Positions 58,494 through 64,000 of a stretch of 64,000 bases of DNA are shown piece after piece. This stretch comes from an uncultured Actinomycetota bacterium. GTDB taxonomy: Bacteria > Actinomycetota > Actinomycetes > DATJPE01. The notes under the pieces are model-generated. The model ran no database searches and was not told where the DNA came from. It was given only the letters and a program-made list of their open reading frames with translations. The DNA lies in NCBI GenBank assembly GCA_963820065.1, contig CAWFYM010000003.1, positions 963,615 through 1,027,614 of the forward strand, given 5' to 3'. Every line of letters starts with the position of its first letter. Position 1 is the stretch's first letter. A program made the translations under genes and the position numbers.

Positions 58494-59117
58494 ATGCCCG
58501 AGATCCAGATCGCCGCCGAACCCCGTACCGAGTTCGGCAAGGGGGCTGCTCGCCGCGCTCGCCGCGCTCAGCTGGTGCCGGCTGTCGTCTACGGCCACGG
58601 CACCGACCCGCGCCACGTCACGCTCCCCGAGCACGAACTCATGCTGGCCCTCAAGAGCGCCAACGTGCTGCTCGAGCTCGACATGTCCGGTGACAAGGAG
58701 CTCACCCTCCCCAAGTCGGTGCAGCGGGATCCGATCCGGGGCAGCATCGAGCATGTCGACCTCATCGTCGTGAAGCGTGGCGAGAAGGTGGTAGTCGAGG
58801 TCGTGCTCCACGTCACCGGTTCGCCGGTCGACGGCGGCGTCATCGACATCGTGGCCAACACGATCACGATCGAAGCCGAAGCCACCTCCATCCCCTCCGA
58901 GCTCACGGTCGACCTCGACAAGAGCACCCCGGGCATGCAGGTGCACGCCAGCGACCTCGTCCTCCCCGCGGGCACGACCCTGCAGATCGACCCAGACACG
59001 CTGGTCGCCCACGTCCTGTCCCCGCAGGTCGAGGCCGAACCCGAGGTCGAGGTCGAGGAGACTGACGAGGCCGCGGCCGAGGGCGACGCGCCCACCGAGG
59101 CGAGCGACGAGGCCTGA
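58494..59117 (+). CDS. rplY: 50S ribosomal protein L25 / general stress protein Ctc
   Basis: 207 aa. L25/Ctc N-terminal beta-barrel (RTEFGKGAARRARRAQLVPAVVYG) and an acidic C-terminal tail. Confidence 0.9.
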   Translation: MPEIQIAAEPRTEFGKGAARRARRAQLVPAVVYGHGTDPRHVTLPEHELMLALKSANVLLELDMSGDKELTLPKSVQRDPIRGSIEHVDLIVVKRGEKVVVEVVLHVTGSPVDGGVIDIVANTITIEAEATSIPSELTVDLDKSTPGMQVHASDLVLPAGTTLQIDPDTLVAHVLSPQVEAEPEVEVEETDEAAAEGDAPTEASDEA

Positions 59118-59189
59118 CCTCCACGCGACCCGCCCTTCGGCAGCTTCCGGCGTTCACCCTGAGGGGCGACCAGCGATGAGCGTTCGTCG

Positions 59190-59762
59190 ATGAGCAGCGT
59201 GTGGCTCGTGGTCGGGCTGGGCAACCCCGGGCCGGACTACGCCGGGCACCGACACAACGTCGGGTTCCGGGTGTTGGACCTGCTCGCCGACCGCTCGGGT
59301 GGCCGGTTCAAGTCCCACAAGGGCCGCGCGGACGTCGTTGAGACGCGGTGGGGTGACCAGCGGGTCGTCCTGGCCAAGCCCCGGACCTACATGAACGAAT
59401 CGGGCGGACCGGTGGCCGCCCTCCGGGACTTCTTCGGAGGGGACACCGAGCAGGTCGTCGTCGTCCATGACGAGCTGGACCTCGACTTCGAGGTGCTTCG
59501 GCTCAAGCGCGGGGGTGGCGACAACGGTCACAACGGGCTGCGGTCCGTGACCAAGGTTCTTGGACCCGACTACGTCCGGGTCCGGGTCGGAATCGGACGT
59601 CCACCGGGACGCATGGAGCCGGCGAGCTTTGTCTTGCGTGACTTCTCGGCTACGGAGCGTGCGCACCTCGGCCTTGTCGTCGACCGGGCCGCGGACGCCT
59701 GCCTGAGCATCGTCGAGGAGGGGCTCGAGCGGGCCCAGAACCTGTTCAACCCCAAGCCTTGA
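59190..59762 (+). CDS. pth: peptidyl-tRNA hydrolase
   Basis: [21 protein letters not shown] with catalytic His, and [11 protein letters not shown]. Confidence 0.95.
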   Translation: MSSVWLVVGLGNPGPDYAGHRHNVGFRVLDLLADRSGGRFKSHKGRADVVETRWGDQRVVLAKPRTYMNESGGPVAALRDFFGGDTEQVVVVHDELDLDFEVLRLKRGGGDNGHNGLRSVTKVLGPDYVRVRVGIGRPPGRMEPASFVLRDFSATERAHLGLVVDRAADACLSIVEEGLERAQNLFNPKP

Positions 59763-59969
59763 CGGGTTCTCAGGTCACGCTCGTGTCGCAGAACGAGGGG
59801 CCGGCCGGCGGCTTGACACCATTGGGTTAGTCCGTTGGTCACCGATCAGGGTCGTCCGTTCGGACCGTTCCCTACCCTAGGCCTGTCGGGGCGGCCGTGG
59901 CTCTGCTTGACTCCTTGCACCGCCTGCTGAAATCGGTTCCGGGCGGTAGGAACCTTCGGGGTAGGGGCA

Positions 59970-61664
59970 ATGTCGGTCGAGGACGAGGTTCGGACAGGCA
60001 CCGACCTGTCGAGCCCGCTGGCTGAAGGCCCCTCGGCGCGCAGCCGCGGCCTCACGCCGTTGCCCAGGCAAGGAGATGTCGGTGCGTCCTCGCCTGGGGC
60101 GCAATCCGCCGCGCGACTCACGGTTGTTGACATCACGGTCGCTGGCGACGAGCTGGAGGGAGAGGTGACGGACACCGCGACCGCAGCGGACGATCCGTCA
60201 TCGGTCACGATCTCCGTGGACACCCTCGAGGTCGTTCGCGACTCGCCATCCGAGGCGCCCGCGGCCGCCTCGCGGAGCTGGCAGCGCCGATACCGAACCT
60301 CGGTCCTGCTGCTCGACGTCCTGGTGGCGCTGGACGCCTCCGTGCTCACGGTCATCGTCCGGCCGGGCGCGTTTCAACGGCCGATCATGGTCGCCGCCGC
60401 CTTCGCCCTGCCGATCGTCTGGGTGGCGATGTTGGCGCTCGCTCGGGCCTATGACGAACGCATCTTCGGGATCGGATCAGACGAATATCGACGCGTCCTG
60501 TCGGCTGGGGTCGCCCTGATCGCCAGCGCGGCGTTCCTGGCGTATGCCTTCCAGCTGACGATTGCCCGCGGTTTCGTCCTGGTCGTCTTGCCCTTCACCG
60601 TCGTCCTCGACCTCGGCGGCCGCTACCTCCTTCGCCGTCGGCTGCACCGTCGCCGCGCGAAGGGGCAATGCATGAAGCGGGTGGTCATCGTCGGGGACGA
60701 CAGGGCCGCTCTTCAGCTCGCCACCCAGCTCCGGCGCTTCCCCCATCACGGACTCGAGCCCGTGGCCGTCTGTCTCACCTACGGCAGCGATCACTCCTCG
60801 GTCCAAGACCAAGGCCTGCCGACCCTCGTCGGGGTCGAGCGCGCCGTCGAGGCCGTCCGTGAGCACGACGCCGACGTGGTGGCCGTGCTGACCGGTCCGG
60901 TCATGGCGGGGCCCAACCTGCGCCGGTTGTCGTGGGATCTCGAAGGGACCGAGACCGAGCTTCTGGTCTCGGCCGGACTGATCGAGGTCGCTGGTCCTCG
61001 GGTGCACGTGACTCCTGTGGACGGTCTCCCGTTGCTCAACTTGGCCAAGCCCCGCTTCAGCGGCCTCAGTCGCGTGGGGAAGGGCCTGTTCGACCGCATC
61101 ACGGCCCTGGCTGCGCTCATCGCGCTGAGCCCGTTCTTGCTGGGCATCGCGTTCGCCATCAAGCGGAGCTCTCCCGGACCGGTGTTCTTCCGGCAGACCC
61201 GCATCGGACGGGCGGGGCGCACCTTCAAGATGGTCAAGTTCCGCTCGATGGTGGTCCACGCAGAGGCCGAGCGAGACGGGCTCCTGGATCAGACCGACCG
61301 CGACGGGCCGATGTTCAAGATGCACGACGACCCGCGCGTGACTCCCGTCGGCCGCTGGATGCGCCGCTACTCCCTCGATGAGATGCCCCAGCTGCTCAAC
61401 GTGGTGATGGGGCAGATGTCCTTGGTCGGCCCGCGGCCGCCGCTGCCCCAAGAGGTCTCCGAGTACGACGACGACGTCAAGCGTCGGCTGCTCGTCAAGC
61501 CAGGCATGACCGGGCTGTGGCAGGTCAGTGGCCGCGCCGACCTGCCCTGGGAAGAGTCCGTGCGCCTGGACCTTCGCTACGTCGACAACTGGTCGGTGGC
61601 CTTCGACCTGGTCATCCTCTGGAAGACCGTGCGGGCCGTGATTCACGGTCACGGGGCCTACTGA
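59970..61664 (+). CDS. exopolysaccharide polyprenyl glycosylphosphotransferase (WbaP/CpsE-type bacterial sugar transferase)
   Basis: Multi-TM N-terminal half. C-terminal sugar-transferase domain (KRSSPGPVFFRQTRIGRAGRTFKMVKFRSM, LDEMPQLLNVVMGQMSLVGPRP). Confidence 0.85.
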   Translation: MSVEDEVRTGTDLSSPLAEGPSARSRGLTPLPRQGDVGASSPGAQSAARLTVVDITVAGDELEGEVTDTATAADDPSSVTISVDTLEVVRDSPSEAPAAASRSWQRRYRTSVLLLDVLVALDASVLTVIVRPGAFQRPIMVAAAFALPIVWVAMLALARAYDERIFGIGSDEYRRVLSAGVALIASAAFLAYAFQLTIARGFVLVVLPFTVVLDLGGRYLLRRRLHRRRAKGQCMKRVVIVGDDRAALQLATQLRRFPHHGLEPVAVCLTYGSDHSSVQDQGLPTLVGVERAVEAVREHDADVVAVLTGPVMAGPNLRRLSWDLEGTETELLVSAGLIEVAGPRVHVTPVDGLPLLNLAKPRFSGLSRVGKGLFDRITALAALIALSPFLLGIAFAIKRSSPGPVFFRQTRIGRAGRTFKMVKFRSMVVHAEAERDGLLDQTDRDGPMFKMHDDPRVTPVGRWMRRYSLDEMPQLLNVVMGQMSLVGPRPPLPQEVSEYDDDVKRRLLVKPGMTGLWQVSGRADLPWEESVRLDLRYVDNWSVAFDLVILWKTVRAVIHGHGAY

Positions 61665-62092
61665 GGCGACTCGAGGGCGCTCGTCGGGGGGCTGATCCGT
61701 TCACCCGTTCGGGTGTCACCCGTTTGCCGTAACTCTCCCGCGGCGACGTCATCCCTCTCGCCGTTCGACGTCGCAGTGGCGCATGTCACGTCGGCCCTCG
61801 TCGATGTGACGTGGTTCACCGTGCGTTCACCCTGAGTGCGGACGCGCGCGACGGCCCGGGCCACCTCCACGGCATGTGGTGACTCTCGGTAGTCGAACCC
61901 CCCGTCGTGGGGTGGGACGTCGTTCCACGTGTGCGTGGTGCGGCTTTGGTCAACGCCGGGGTGGCTACGTACCGTCGACGCCCAGACCGGTCGGGGTGGG
62001 TCAAGGGCCCCCGGACCAAGGCCGAAACAAGGCGGGACGGACTGTTCCGCCACACCCGTGCGCGGGTCTGCACAGAAACCGGAGAGCCCCTC

Positions 62093-63619
62093 ATGGGTCG
62101 ACATGCTGTTCAACGCCCTCGTGCCGTTCTTTCAGTCGTGGCCGCAGGTGCTGCCGTCGCGGTCGTGGCCGGCATCCTGAGCGTCGATGGTGCCGCCACC
62201 GCGAAAGCGCCGCGCTGGTCGGACAACCTGGTCAGCAACCCCGACTTCGAGTCCGGCAACGCCGGATGGAACACCCAGAACCCCAAGGCGCGGCTGGGCA
62301 GTGGCTCCGGGCACGACAGCGGCCGGGCGGCCCAGCTCGTGGCCACCGCTGACGGTGCGCACCTGTTGCTCAATGACAGTCCCAACATCGTGCGGTCCGC
62401 GGAGGCCGACACCAGGTACGCAGCGTCGGTCTGGGTTCGCAGTGACAGCCGCAACCTGACGGCGACCCTGCGCTTCCGCGAGGTTGTCGGGCGCACGCTG
62501 GTCGGTCGAGGGGAGGCCAAGGTCAGGCTTGGCGGCGGGGACTGGCAGCAGATCAAGGCGGAGTACGTCGCTGCACGGTCTGGCAGCGAGATCGCCGTGC
62601 AGGTGATCGCTATGCGCGTGGCCAAGGGAACGACCCTGAGCGTCGACGATGTCGATGTCCGGATGCAGCTGCCCGCTGAGGAGGCGCCGGCGCCCGAGGC
62701 GAAGCCGGAGCCGACCAAGACTCAGGAGCCCAAGCCCGAGCCGACCACGTCGCAGGAGCCGAAGCCGGAGCCGACCACGAGCGAGGTGGCCAAGCCCCCG
62801 GCGCCCCCGGCCAAGGGCAGCACGTTGTTCGGGGCCAGTGTCTACACGGGCGACGGGACGTCGTTCGCCGAGGCCTTGAAGCGGTCGAACGCCGCATACG
62901 GCGGCCTCAAGGTGGTCCGTGTCTTCCACCCCGGTCTGCCGACGGCATGGGAGAAGAAGGCCGGAACCACGGGCGGTCCCGTCGTGGTCTCGTTCAAGGC
63001 CAACCCCAAGGAGGTCGTGACGGGCAAGCTCGACGCCTTCTTCAAGGACTGGTTCAACCAGGCTCCTCGCGATCGGGACATCTACTGGACCAACTATCAC
63101 GAGCCCGAGGACAACATCGAGCGGGGAGAGTTCACGGCTGCTCAATACCGTGAGGCCCTGCGCCGGCTGGACTCGCTGGCCGACCAGGCGGGGAACAAGC
63201 ACCTCAAGACCGCAACGATCTGGATGTGTTACGACCTCAAGCCGGGCTCGGGTCGAGACTGGCGCGACTACTACCCCGGGTCGGACGTCGTGGACCTGAT
63301 GGGCTGGGACTGCTACAACCGCGGCCGCGACACGGGCAGCTATGACTCACCGGCCAGCATCCTCGACGACCTGCGGAAGACGTCGGAGTCGATGGGCAAG
63401 CCGTGGGGTCTCGGCGAGTACGCGAGCAAGCTCGCTGCCGGCGACGACGGCAAGGGTCGGGCGGCATGGCTCCAGGCCTCGGCTGACTATGCCGTCTCGC
63501 ACGACGCGGCGTTCGTGAACTACTTCGACGCGTTCGGAGGGGCGGTCTCCAACCCCGAGTACCGGCTGCTCGACGGGCCGTCGAAGGCAGCCTGGAAGGC
63601 GGTCGTCAGCGGAAGCTGA
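62093..63619 (+). CDS. secreted glycoside hydrolase (GH26-like) with an N-terminal carbohydrate-binding module and a Pro/Thr/Glu-rich linker
   Basis: Signal peptide MGRHAVQRPRAVLSVVAAGAAVAVVAGILSVDGAATA. CBM-like block NPDFESGNAGWN. Linker PEPTKTQEPKPEPTTSQEPKPEPTTSE. Catalytic-domain motifs YWTNYHEPED and WGLGEYA. Confidence 0.55.
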   Translation: MGRHAVQRPRAVLSVVAAGAAVAVVAGILSVDGAATAKAPRWSDNLVSNPDFESGNAGWNTQNPKARLGSGSGHDSGRAAQLVATADGAHLLLNDSPNIVRSAEADTRYAASVWVRSDSRNLTATLRFREVVGRTLVGRGEAKVRLGGGDWQQIKAEYVAARSGSEIAVQVIAMRVAKGTTLSVDDVDVRMQLPAEEAPAPEAKPEPTKTQEPKPEPTTSQEPKPEPTTSEVAKPPAPPAKGSTLFGASVYTGDGTSFAEALKRSNAAYGGLKVVRVFHPGLPTAWEKKAGTTGGPVVVSFKANPKEVVTGKLDAFFKDWFNQAPRDRDIYWTNYHEPEDNIERGEFTAAQYREALRRLDSLADQAGNKHLKTATIWMCYDLKPGSGRDWRDYYPGSDVVDLMGWDCYNRGRDTGSYDSPASILDDLRKTSESMGKPWGLGEYASKLAAGDDGKGRAAWLQASADYAVSHDAAFVNYFDAFGGAVSNPEYRLLDGPSKAAWKAVVSGS

Positions 63620-63838
63620 GACAGCGCCGCTCGAGGACCGCCTCGAGCGCCCCACGAGCGGCACGCGATGCGTCGGACGGCCTTACCGGCCGTTCGGCGC
63701 ATCGGTCGTCACCGAATCGGATGATGTAACTTCGAGCGACCGGCGCGACACTAGTCGTGACGTTCCCGGGGGTCTTCGTCGGCCGAGTGCGGCCAGCTCC
63801 TCGGATCACCAGTGCCGTCTCGACGTGAGGATTGACTG

Positions 63839-64000
63839 TTGGCTGCCACAGACGGGGGACAGGGACGCGGCGGGCGGCAGCGGGGAACCATCGCGATCGT
63901 CGTGGTCTGCGTCCTGCTGGGTGGCCTCGCGGGGTTCGCGTTCTACTCGGTGCAGTCTCCGGTCTACGAGTCGGAGACGTCCGTGCTGGTCCTTCCCACA
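63839..64000 (+). CDS. start of a Wzz/chain-length-determinant-like protein (partial, runs off the window end)
   Basis: The translation ...AIVVVCVLLGGLAGFAFYSVQSPVYESETSVLVLPT resembles a Wzz N-terminal TM segment plus periplasmic start. The locus context is an EPS cluster. The start codon is uncertain. Confidence 0.3.
   Translation, partial: MAATDGGQGRGGRQRGTIAIVVVCVLLGGLAGFAFYSVQSPVYESETSVLVLPT

Noticed and set aside
59907-59935. A sigma-70-like promoter (TTGACT ... TGAAAT) upstream of the EPS sugar transferase
   Set aside because: The -10 candidate does not fit TANNNT at a proper 16-18-bp spacing. It cannot be supported from sequence alone.

Overview
This is a high-GC (about 70%) actinobacterial chromosomal segment with dense housekeeping content; no mobile-element, CRISPR or clear defence locus was recognised. 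Gene order matches the Mycobacterium tuberculosis Rv0985c–Rv1018c neighbourhood: mscL, MTHFS-galU-moeA-rimJ, pmt-rsmI, metG-tatD-rpfB-ksgA-ispE-ABC-F, then glmU-prs-rplY-pth. The main blocks are: (i) a DosR/DevR-type hypoxia cluster made of a DevS-like dual-GAF histidine kinase, a PPOX-family protein, a DosR regulator, an Acg-type nitroreductase and a GGGAC-N4-GTCCC box; (ii) an NAD-dependent formate dehydrogenase operon fdsGBAD with start/stop overlaps, next to fdhD and a molybdenum-cofactor operon moeA-moaC-mog; (iii) an ArsR-ArsC fusion, a second ArsC and a MarR gene, followed by a TetR-desaturase pair with a palindromic operator; (iv) three tRNA genes, Arg-CCT, Ala-CGC and Gln-TTG; (v) the start of an exopolysaccharide locus with a polyprenyl-phosphate sugar transferase, a CBM-plus-GH26-like hydrolase and a Wzz-like gene. 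Less usual items are a large Sec-exported RTX/beta-roll repeat protein, a lipoprotein fusing a class-F sortase-like domain to an SGNH hydrolase, an orphan VapC-like PIN toxin beside tRNA-Arg in a low-GC patch, an element of about 100 bp with 24-27-nt inverted arms present twice in the window, a 15-mer repeated five times in the fds promoter, a 10-mer repeated three times in the phr-ideR intergenic region, and a likely ydaO cyclic-di-AMP riboswitch ahead of an NlpC/P60 hydrolase. All calls rest on reading the translated ORFs and the DNA by eye; no database search was run.
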